Below, one piece after another: positions 38,164 to 49,170 of a stretch of 64,000 nt of DNA (its first letter is position 1; each line of letters opens with the position of its first letter). The DNA is from Mobula hypostoma (taxonomy: Eukaryota), in contig NC_086097.1 in assembly GCF_963921235.1 (NCBI RefSeq), forward strand, positions 129,086,001-129,150,000. The letters run 5' to 3'. The position numbers and the translations under genes were made by a program. The notes under the pieces are model-generated. The model was not told the DNA's origin, searched no databases, and saw only the letters and a program-made list of their open reading frames with translations.

Positions 38164-38403
38164 CATGGTAATGCTTTGGTTGAAACTTAGTTCAACGTCG
38201 TAGAAGTTGCCGTCATGGTGGACAGGTAGGGTTGCCTGTGCCCAGTGCCGATCCTTCGAATTAGACCAATGCAGAGGAGAGCCTCCGAGCCGGCTGTGCA
38301 GGCAAACTCTGAGGATGTACCGTCCTTTAGGCAGCTTGTCCTTCACACCTCGTAGGCATTTCAGATGGATCTGTGCTGGCTGAGGAGTCCCAGACCACTC
38401 AAC
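38164..38403 (-). CDS. OFCC1: OFCC1/ojoplano-like internal coding exon C (240 bp; VEWSGTPQPAQIHLKCLRGVKDKLPKGRYILRVCLHSRLGGSPLHWSNSKDRHWAQATLPVHHDGNFYDVELSFNQSITM)
   Basis: Acceptor tgttgtatttag| and donor ATG|gtaagc. Exactly 80 codons, phase 0-0. The motifs TPQP.QIHL.CLR.VKDK.P.G.Y, SRLGG and HDGNFYD are recalled from OFCC1 proteins. Overlaps ORF 38065..38346. Confidence 0.92.
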
Positions 38404-39284
38404 CTAAATACAACACTTTGCATAAGTACACTAACACAGAACAGTATTCAGAAATCCAAACACTTTCATCTGAAATCCTTCTCCCTATCATTCTCAGAGG
38501 ATTGGGGGATTTTAGATATGAGGAAGGTTTCGATAGGCTGGTAGATAAATGGGAAACAGAATTAGTACAGTTACATACAATGATTGGCTCAGACATTGTG
38601 GCTCTACTTCTGTACTGTACAACTCAGTGCTTCAGGGTTAATTTCTCAAGCTTTGACACATAAAGTTGTGATTGGCCTCAAGTGGAAGAATCCATTTCTC
38701 TTGGAGTTAAGGTAGACAACCAGAAGGTACAATGTTGTGGAAAGGGAAGAGTTGGAAAATCTTTTTACCCAGAATGCACCTCCCCATTCTGGGGCCATGA
38801 AGGAAGAAAGATATAAATAATTAGATATAAGTAGCTTCAAATGTTTGGGTCCGAATTCCAGCTCTGGGGAAGACTTTCAGCTGATAACCGAAACCAAAGG
38901 GCTTGCTTTGATGCTGCGAGATTCGATGATGTAAGCAAAAAAAAACTGATTTTGGTTTTACCATTACTTTTTTCAAGACAATATCCTTATGCCAAGATGG
39001 CAGAATCCAGATACTGATCTCGAGTCCTGCCTGCATGGTGTTTGCATGTTTTCCCTGTGGCTGCATGAATTGGTTATTGCTAATTGATTTATTATTGTCA
39101 CATTTACCACGACACACTTTGTTCTGCATGCCATCTATCCACAAAATAATTACATTGAGGTAGTACGAAGGAAAAGCAACAACAGATGCAGAATATAGTT
39201 ATAAGGGAAGTGCAGTGCAAATACACCAATAAGGAGTAAGGGCCATGGTGAGTCAGATTGCGAGGTCGCAAGGTCAAGAGGTCA

Positions 39285-41332
39285 AAATATCACTCCATTC
39301 TTTAAAAGGGGAGGGAGGCAGAGGACAGCAAATTGTAGGCCAGTTAGCCTGTTTTCAGTGGTTGGGAAAATGTTGGAGTCCATTATTAAGGATGAGGTTT
39401 CAGGGTGCTTGGAAACACATGATAAAATAGGTCAAAGTCAGCATGGTTTCCTTAAGGGGATATCTTGCCAGACAAATCTGTTGGAATTCTTTGAGGAACT
39501 ATCAGGCAGAATAAACAAAGGAGGGTCAGTGAATGTTGTTCACTTGGATTTTCAGAAGGGCTTTAACAAGGTACTGCACATGAGGCTGCTGAACAAAATT
39601 AGAGCACATGGCATTACAGGAGAGATACCAGCATGGATAGAAGACTGGCTGAATGGCAGGACCCAAAGAGTGGGAACAATGGCCTTTTCTGCTTGGCTGT
39701 CAGTGACTAATGGTGTTCTGCAGGGGGCGATGTAGGAACCACTTCTTTTCCCGCTACATGTCAATAATTTGGATGACGTAACTTGTGGCATTGTGGCCAC
39801 ACTTGTGGATGAGACAAAGATACGTAAGTGGAGGAGCCAGTAGAGTACAGAAGCAGGGAGTCCATAGAAGGACTTAGAATGGGCAAAGAAGTGACAGATG
39901 CGATATAGTGGAGGGAAGTATTGTATACGGTGGTGCACTTTGGTAGAAGGAATAAAAGAGTAGCCAATTTTCTAAGCAGGGAGAAAATTCAGAAATCAGA
40001 GGTGTAAAGGGACTTGGGAGTCCTCGTGCAGGATTCCCTTGAGGTTAACTTGCAGGTTGAATTGGTGGTAAGAAAGGGAGATACAACGTTGGCTTTCATT
40101 TCAAGGACTAGAATATAAAATTATTTAGGTGGGAGGAGAAGAGAAGCAGCGTGCCGCGCGTGCGCAGCCCTCCGATGAAAAATTATATCATATCTGTTAA
40201 ATAGGGGCCGTGGACAATTCTGATGACGTGAAAGCACAGAGGAACATCCGGAAAAATTTCTGAAACACTCGTTCGCTGCTGCCGTTACTGTGTGAGCAGG
40301 AATCTTTCGGAGAGTAGGCCTCAAAATCCCCGGCTTTGCTTGCTGTTGGCGACCAAGAAGGAGGTCGAATCATTCGGATAGTGATGGCGCTCAGTATTCG
40401 GTGTCAGAGAGCTGATCAGAGCTTGAAGTTTTCGGATGACTCAGAGTCGAACCGTGGTCGGGTATGGCAGGGAGAGTTTTCTTCCTTCTCTCCGTCTGCG
40501 TGAGATGTGGGACATTTGAGTGACTTTGAACTTTTACTGCGCTCATGGACTTCTTCATCAAGTTATGGTATTGTTGCACTGTTGTAACTGTATGTTATAA
40601 TTATGTGGTTTTGTTAGTTTTTTTCAGTCTTGGTCTGTCTTGTGTTTTGTGATATCACACGGGAAGAAATATTGTATCATTTCTTAATGCATGCATTACT
40701 AAATGAGAACAAAAGAGGACTGTGTGTCCTCATAATCTAAAAAAAATCAACAATGTAATGCTGAGGCCTTGTAAGGCACTAGTCAGACCGCACTTGGAGT
40801 ATTGTGAGCAGTTTTGAGCTCATGAGCTCCTGATCTGAGAAAGGATATGCTAGCACTGGAGTGGGTCCAGAAGAGGTTCATGAGAGTAATCCCAGGGATG
40901 AAAGGGTTAACATATCAGGGCACTGATGGTTCTGAAGTTTAGAAGAATGGTGGGGTGGGGGGGGGAATCTCATTGAAAACTATCAAACATTGAAAGGGCT
41001 AAACAGAGTGGACATGCCAAGGAAGTTTTTTGTTGTGCGGTAGTCTAGAACCAGAGGACAATACAGGGACACCCTTTTAGAACAGAGATGAGGAGGAATT
41101 TCTTTAGCCAGAGGATGGCGAATCTGTGGAAATCATTGCCACAGACTGCTGTCATTGGGTATATTTAAAGCAAGGTTGATAGGTTCTTGGATAGTAAAGG
41201 TATCAAAGGTTACAGGGAATAGGCAAAAAAATGGGGTTGAGAAGGGTAATAAATTAGCCATGGTGGAATGGCAGAGCAGACCCAATGGGCTGAATGGTCT
41301 AACTTTGCTGCTATGTCTTACGGTCTCATGAT
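39285..41332 (+). mobile_element. CR1 LINE RT and 3' UTR, interrupted at 40121-40740
   Basis: VGKMLESIIKD, QHGFLKG and LDFQKGFNKVLH. CR1 sequence stops at gactagaatataaaa and resumes at aatgtaatgctgaggcc. Confidence 0.92.
40121..40740 (+). repeat. Non-autonomous retroposon with CpG-rich 5' end and ...cctcataatctaa tail
   Basis: Inserted in CR1. Its 3' part matches 302-708 in inverted orientation. Confidence 0.75.
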
Positions 41333-41369
41333 CTGTTCAACAGTCTTTTAACATTGAGATAGAAACGGT

Positions 41370-41740
41370 CCTTAAGCTTGATGTGCTTTCAAGATTGTGT
41401 ATCTTCTGCCCCGTAGGTAGAGGGAGAAGAGAGAATGCACAGAGTGGGAGAGCTCTTTAGTTAGGTCAGCCGCTTTTCCAAGGCAATGGGAAGTGCATAT
41501 AGAATCCATGGAGGGGATACTGGTTTTCGTGACAGACTGACTTATGTTCATAGCTCTCTGTAATTTCTCGCTGTCTTGGAAAAATTGTGATGCATCTGGA
41601 TAAAGATGTTTTCCAAGGTGCGTCCATAAAGATTGATGAGGGTCAATAGACAAAGTACAGGCACTGGGGTGCTTTCTTGGCCATAGCGTTTCTTTGTGGT
41701 TTGTACTTGGCCAAGCTACATCTAGGAACATGAAGTGGTG
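41370..41740 (-). mobile_element. Rex1-type LINE fragment
   Basis: SIPSMDSICTSHCLGKAADLTKELSHSVHSLFSL...GRRY. Confidence 0.65.
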
Positions 41741-43642
41741 AACTCACTGGTGATATCTGGTGATTTGAAGTTCCTTACCCAGAATATATACTGCACTCTT
41801 TCTATTGTCATTATGCTGGATGTTCAGTGTTGATTCTTCAGCTAGAGAGTGTGGTCATTCTTATCTACAGAACCTAGTTCTGATAGCAAGGGGAATACTG
41901 TTGTTATATCCACATGTAATAACGTCACAAAGCTAACATAAAGGTAAACTTCACAACAACTTCAAAGGCTCACTTTTTCTGTATCAGGACTGGTCAGTTC
42001 TCCTGTTGACCATCCAACAGTATTCTCTGCTACCTGGGCATTTCTTAAAACCCTGTACTCCACAGGTTTCTCCATATTCTTTCTAGCTTCTCTCATTAAC
42101 CATCCATTCGATGGGTTCATCAACATCTTATCACCAAGGCAACCTTGGCCTCAGCCAATCCCAGTTATTCCTTTTGTTCCATCCATGTCTTTCCCATCTA
42201 ACGGGTTCTCTCTTCTTTCCCAGTTCTGTTCAAGAGTTCCCCAGCCTGACCCATGAACTCTGCTTCTCTCATTAACAGATTGCTGCCTAATCTGCTGAAC
42301 ATTTCTACCACTTTCTAGGATTTATCTTTGCAAACTTCAAACTGTAATAAGTCAGCATGCAAGGGCAGCAATTAAAACATAAGAAAAAAGGAACAAAAAT
42401 ATGTCACTCAATCCCTCAAGCCTGCCTTACAATCATGGCTGATCTGCCTTAGGCCTTGTCTCCTCTCCTCTGCCAGTTCCCCATGGTACTCAATTCCCTG
42501 ATCTTTTGAAAATACGTTTATTTTCTCTTTAAATATCCCCAGTGATCTCTTCTCCATAACCCTCTAGGGTAGAGAACCAGTGTAGCCAAGAGACTATCAA
42601 AATCAAATCCTAAATATGTTACAAGCACTTGCTCTCCTTTGGAAAAAAAAACAGCCTTTACGACATGTCTTTGTAAATCCAGTCCAGAATTCCACCCTCA
42701 AACATTTTACTACGTCATCATTCCCTTACAGGATTTCATGGGCAAATCATGGGAAGTGTGTCTCCAAAAGCTGGTTTGGATTTTATGCAGCATTACTTCA
42801 CACCTTTAAAGGTTACAAATTGTAAATTTCAGCAAGAAATTGTCTGCAGTTCCCAGATCCTTTTGTACACTTAAATCTCATTTTTAAAGCACTAAGCAAC
42901 ATGTCAATTACCTTCATTCTAATTGCAAAATTTTAATTAATGAAGAAAAAAAATCTAAATTTTATATTTTGCTTGCTGAAACCCAAAATTAACATTATAT
43001 GAAAAATGGAGGTAATCTTTCTTTAAAACCTCTAGGCAGGATTACTGGTGCAGGCAGTCTAAAGATATTAAACACATTCTAAATTAAACACCCCCAACAA
43101 ATTTTGTGCAGAAATATATTTGGATAATTTTGCATGCCAAACATGACATTTTATATTATTTCTTCCCCCCCCCACCACCCTCCCGACTCCCAGCAACTTC
43201 CCATCACCCACCCTTGTCCTAAGTTCAGAATTATATAAATGAAGATCTTGTCTTTCACCAATGGAATTGCTATGCATGGCAAGATTGCCATTGCTTCTCT
43301 GACTATACTGTATGTTTCAAGACGGAAAGCCATAAAAAAATCTTTATCTCTCTGAAACACAGCAATTTGGAAGATTATCGAATGCTGACTGGGGGGCAGA
43401 AATGCCAGTCTGAGGAATTATACCACAATCTCTCTTGCATTTACAACCTTTTTCAAAGCAAGCTGTCACCCTGGTAGGAAAGGTTGATGGAGGATTCATT
43501 ACATCTCCAGGCGTGTCTCATTTGCAAGGCGACAGATATGCTCCTCATTTGCTGAAAGGTTTCACTCAAACCAGCTCTAGTGCTGCACTGAGGGAAGGGG
43601 GTGTCATAAAGCTAGAGATGAGCCTTGATGTAGTCCCCTTAC

Positions 43643-43760
43643 CTTCCAGCGACAGCCCTGCACACCATTGTATTGCTTTTTGACTTCAGTCAGGTCACCG
43701 TACAGAGTCACCACTTCACCCCTGCGGCTTTCAAGGGCTTTTAGTAACTGGCTTTCTGCT
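43643..43760 (-). CDS. OFCC1: OFCC1/ojoplano-like internal coding exon B (118 bp; AESQLLKALESRRGEVVTLYGDLTEVKKQYNGVQGCRWK)
   Basis: Acceptor gtgcatcgcag| and donor AAG|gtaagg. 1 nt plus 39 codons. The peptide matches my recollection of OFCC1/Opo (AE.QLL.ALE.R.GEV...YGDL......Y.G..G.RWK), which directly precedes VEW..TPQP. Confidence 0.88.
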
Positions 43761-44449
43761 CTGCGATGCACAACGACAATCATTTCACATTGAATCTGTA
43801 ACTTCTAGAAACTGATTTTATGCTGTTAAGTAATTATTTTTAGTCCTATAATTATATAAATGCATTAATGTACTTCAGCCTTTCTAAATTCAGCATATTA
43901 TGACATATTTATTTAGTAACTTACTTAGAGATATAGCACAGAACAGGCCCTTCCAGCCCAAAGAGCCGCACCACCCAACAACCTATTTAACTCAAGCCGA
44001 ATCACGGGGCAATTGGCAATGACCAATTAACCTACTAACCAGTATGTCCTTGGACTGTGGGAGGAAAGCGAAGCACCCGGAGGAAACACGGAGAGAACAC
44101 ACAGGCGGCGCCAAAATTGAGCTCTGTACTCCAGAACACCTCGAGCTGGATTAGCACCGCACTAACCGCTATGCTACCGTGGTGCTGTCAACTTTAACTC
44201 AAAGCATTGGCAAATGTATAATCTGCACACAAGAGAATCCCAGTGAAATCCCTCAGAGAAGTCACTCATTGAGCACCTTTGCTTCGGCTGGGATCTCCTG
44301 ATGCCCAGGTATTTCATTTCCCCTTTCCATTCCCACACTCTCAAGTCTGTCCATGGTCTCCTCCACTGGCAGGTCAAATCCAAGTGAAAACTAGAAGAAC
44401 AACACTTATGTTCTGCTTGAAGAGTCTTTAACCGGGCAGAATGAATACA

Positions 44450-45105
44450 TAGAAGATAGAACAGTACAGCTTAGGAACAGGCCCTTCGGCCAACAATGTC
44501 ATGTCGAAACAATAGCTAACTAAACTAATCCCTTCTGCCTACCCAATGTCCATATCCTGCTATTTTCCTCACCTTCATGTGTCCATCTAAAGTCTCTAAT
44601 ATTTCTGCCTCTACCACCACCCCAAGCAGCATATTCCAGGCGCCCTTCCCTCTCTGTGTAAAAAATTTGCGCTTCATATCTCCTTTGAAATTACCTCTCT
44701 CACCTTCGATGTATGCCCTCTGGTATTAGACATTTCAACCCTTAGAAAAAATATTGTCTGTTTACTCTGTCCATGCCCCTCATAATCTTACAAACCTCTA
44801 TCTGATATCCCCTCAGTAGCCACCACTCCAGAGAAAATTATCCTGGTAAACCTCTTCTGCACCCTCTCCAAAGCCTCAACATCCTTCCTATAATGGGGCG
44901 ACCAGAACTGTATCCAATACTCCAGATGTGGCCTAACATGAGTTCTATAAAGCTGCAACTTAAGTTCCTGACTTTTGAACTAAGTGTCTTACTAATAAAG
45001 ACAAGCAATGTCATTTGCCTTCTCAGCCATTCTATCAGCCTATATAGCCACTTTTAGGGATCTATGAACTTGGGCCCCAAGATCCTTCTGCTCAACAACA
45101 CTGTT
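44450..45105 (-). mobile_element. CR1 3' fragment
   Basis: catagaagatagaacagtacag tail and the reverse-complement LEYWIQFWSP motif near 44900. Confidence 0.75.
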
Positions 45106-48100
45106 ATTGAATTCTCAAACTTATAGTAACTGCTGTTTTTTTTCTTTTATTTTCATTTCTTCTTCCTCCTCCTGTTCTAACTGGGCCACACCTCTCCATG
45201 CCTTTCCCTTCCCCCAGCCTCTTCCTCTTCCCTACCTACCTTCTCTCTCTCTCTCCATTTCCCATCTGCTCTTCAACCACACACTCCTCCCCACCTCCCT
45301 GCCTTTAGTCCACCCCCACATTCTCTCCTATCAGATTCCATCAATCTCAGCTTTGTCATTTCTACCTATCTCCTCCAATCTTCTGACATCTTTTTCCCTT
45401 CATATACCTATCCCCCCTCATTTGCCTCTCCAACCCTCCACCTATATTTGTACATGAGCATTATAATTCCTTCAAATTAATATTTAAAAATAATAGGGAT
45501 CTTAAAAAATCTAACAGTTCGACTTTACCATAATCCAACCTGGATATTATAATCATAAACATTGGAACACTCTAATTATTGCTAAAGACAATTCAATAAA
45601 AGCATTGTGTTGTTTCCTGATTTGCTGAAGTCTGCGCTATTTACTTACTGTACTGTTAGCTTGATGATAATGGCTGTGTCTCACCGATCTGAGGCTTGAC
45701 AGCAGCATCCAAAACCAGTAACAAGGAATCCCTTGTGAGAGAGATCACTAGCTTGCTGAGCGCAGTTTTCTTCAAGCTTACGCATATGCCACAAAATGGA
45801 AGCTCAGGGACTACTTGTTCACGTACTCAAAGGAAAGTGATCCCAAGGTGGCATGACTAAGATGCAAGAAACTGCAGATGCTGGAACCTGAAGCAATAAA
45901 CAACCCAATGGAAGCAGCATCCATAATGGGAAAGGAATTTTCGACAACTCAGGTTGAAGCTCTGTATCGGGACTGGGACATGTTGGCAAGTGGAACCACC
46001 TAACAATTACTAAAAAAAAAAGAAAATTGTAATGCACAATCCCAAAGTTCTCTGACCATGCAAATTTTACGTCCCTGTTCAGAAAGTGAGTTCACAGCCA
46101 GAAGCTAGTCATCACTGCAGCCGGTCCAGGAGCCTGTTAGTTGCAGGTCACAGCCTCAGTTCAGTACAGAGACGAGTAAACCTCATTGAGCAGTGAGCTG
46201 AGCACTGGCCTGTCCCTCACCCACGGCTCCAACAGCCTCGCCTTTTCAATCAGACCCAGCACTTAAATGACCTGGTCCCTGACGCCTCAGTGCGCTCTCG
46301 GGCTCAGACCCCACCACACTGATTTGGCCAACCTTTCCAATCTGACTGGGTGCTTAAATCAGTCAGACATCGGCTCCTTCCTCAATTCTGGGCCTGGGCC
46401 CCACTGCCTCGACTTGCCCCGGATCTGCTGCTTCAAATCAGCTTCACATCTGCTCCAGCAATGGCCAAACGTTATCTAGTTCTTTGCTCTTGGACTGGGG
46501 CCCTGCCACCTCGATTCGGCCCATATACGTCATGCCGCAGTCGTCCTGAATCTTCAAGATTTCATTTCACACTGCAAAAATGCCAGGTTGTACGACCAGT
46601 TCAGAAGCTCATCTCCGAAAAGGAAATTACAGGCGATTGATTGCAGTGATCGTTGTCCAGAAAAAGTGGGATTAATAGAGTAGTTAGATTTGTTTGATGC
46701 CAGTGAGGCGTCACTGTGTTTCACTAGCCCATCTTAAACTGGAAGATTTAATTGTTAATTACACAGTATTTTATTAAAAGGAAAACTTTGACACAGTACA
46801 GGAAAAGAACGGAAAATGCAGAACTTCATAGGTTGACTCTAACGACGGGCCAAATTTCCACCTTCTGCACTGCGCCTATCCACAATTCTTTTCTGATCAC
46901 TAGAATGACAGATCCATTAAGAAGTTAATTTGGGAGAAAATGCCTTTCAGTGTGATTGACACATTGCCAGAAGTAGCCTTCAACCACAACTGTTGAATAA
47001 AAATTGTGTGGATTGTACACTAGAGAGAGCAGGACATCCAAAGATGCTTCACAGAAACAATTCACAAACAAAAATGTATGTCAAACTACATTACTGCTCA
47101 AGGAAGTGTAATGAGAGCCTTAAAGGTGTGCATGAGATTAGAGGTGGTTGCAAACTCTAGATTCTAGGTCTACAGCTACCAAAGACAGAAAGATTAATTT
47201 CAGTGACAATGAAGAGCCCTGAAGTGGAGAAGCACTGATAAATCTGAGAGTTGCAGAAGACTGAGAAAGGGAGGGTTGAGATGTGGAAACTAGGCTGAAC
47301 AAACTCAACAATTAGCAATACTGGTGAGCGCCATCAAGCTATGGGTTGATGGGCAAATAGCTCGATAGAGTTTGGTTCCTTAAGATTGTTATAACTGGGG
47401 GTGGTAATGGTGTCAAGCTCTCACTACCTATTAAATGCTCCCAGAGGTTTGCACTTCAAATAGCCTCTGACAACCAAGTCCAGCTCCTGGCCTTCACAAG
47501 TGGTTTAGCCACTAAGCCGATGGAACCATTTCTACTGACAGGAGAAGGGGCAAAGGCTGGTTACTGGTGCCTTCGAACCAGTCGCGTCGGGCAGATGGGG
47601 CTCATCAGCTGTGGTTGACAGCTCATCTAGGAGAAGGAAAACTCTGATCTCAAACCTCCGCCGCCTTCCGGCAATACCCACTCATGGGGAAGGCTTCGGG
47701 AGTAACCCCTGAGGGAAAAATCCAGAGATGGAGTGCCTAAGGCAATCTTACATTGAGTTCAACGCTGACTGGCAACTCCTGCAATGCTGCTGGTACCAAA
47801 CTGTACAGGTCTGTGCTGTTCCTTTGGGTTCGTCAGTTGTATGGAGAAGGGGAGCTTGCTACATGGGCAACAGCTTGCTCTCCATGTCATACTGCCCAGG
47901 CTTAAGTATCTACACAGCGAGGATGCGATAACCACAGTCAACTCTGACTGACGAAGGCCTCAAAGTTTGAGATGGATATACCTTCAGACACAAAAGTGAA
48001 GTGCTCTGAGATGTATTTAGCACATCACTCCCTTCTTGTATTACTGCAATATAATAACAAATGAATCTCAGGGTTGTAGGTAGTGACATATATGTATGTT

Positions 48101-49096
48101 GATAATAAATTTACTTTCAACTTTGCACTATGCAGTCCATGTAGTAATAGGCCTCCCAGGATGCTATTAATTGGAGTTCCACCACTTTTAATCTCTAAAT
48201 TCTGAGGGAATGATGCATCAAAACATAGAACAAACCCCGCAAATGATGGTGTTCATATTAGCTTGTTGCCCCATAACCAATAGGTTTTGGAGGTGCTGAA
48301 AAAGACTCGGGCCACATTTTGTGGGTGGTACTACCATTGTATGTGTCCGAACTAGACAGCTGCTTCTCTCATACAATTGCTTCATAGAAATTTTTAGAAA
48401 TCAATGTGATCAGGAAGGGTTCTATTTCCAAAATGTATGTGTAATTAACACCGGGCGCACACAATTTACCTGAATACTGCAGGAGATTATTATTTCAATT
48501 GTCTTTATTAAATTATCCAAGCAATAAGGCAGAGAGTGGAACAGATACAATCTTCAGTAGTACTTTGGCTGCAAAGTATTTTCCACTTACTAATGAAAAT
48601 AATTTCTTTTTAGCGTTCATTGTTTCAATAAGTTTTAGCAATAAAATTCTGTGCAACAGCAAAGAGGTGATTGTAACTTCTGCAATCTTTATATATATAA
48701 GGTGGGAAGTCACGTATATGTGTGGAACGCACTACCAGGGGTGGTGGAAAGGCAGATACAGTATATTACAGACATTTATGAATCTCTTAGGTAGGCACAT
48801 GGATGAAAGAAATATGGTGTAGGGTGGGGGGGCTTTGTGGGAAGGAAGTTAGAGTAGGTTAGGTTGGCACAACATTGTGGGTTGTAGGGTCTATACTGTG
48901 CTGTACGGTTCTATATTCTATGCTCAACACACGCAGATATGCACAACACATATATGCAAAGACAATTATATGGACACAGGCAGAGATGTTCATACAAATC
49001 CAAATGCGTGTAACATAGGATACACACAATCACAGAGCAACATGCACACATGCACATATGTACCCAGAGCCGATGCCTCACAATGATGGAACTTAC

Positions 49097-49170
49097 TTCT
49101 GGAAGGCAGAACGAAGACTTGCCTGGAGAAACTCTAACTGCTCAGAGTTGATCTCCTGCGGCTTCACGCC
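49097..49170 (-). CDS. OFCC1: OFCC1/ojoplano-like internal coding exon A (74 bp; GVKPQEINSEQLEFLQASLRSAFQ + AA of split Lys codon)
   Basis: Minus-strand acceptor ggtttctattttattcag| and donor |gtaagt. Open frame with a phase-2 end that is completed by the first base of exon B (aa|a = K). Not in the ORF track. Confidence 0.8.

Noticed and set aside
45685..45800. Possible extra OFCC1 exon ending gatcg|gtgag (phase 2)
   Set aside because: There is no good acceptor and the peptide (KLEENCAQQASDLSHKGF...) is unlike the family. Exon A already joins exon B sensibly (SAFQK-AESQLL).
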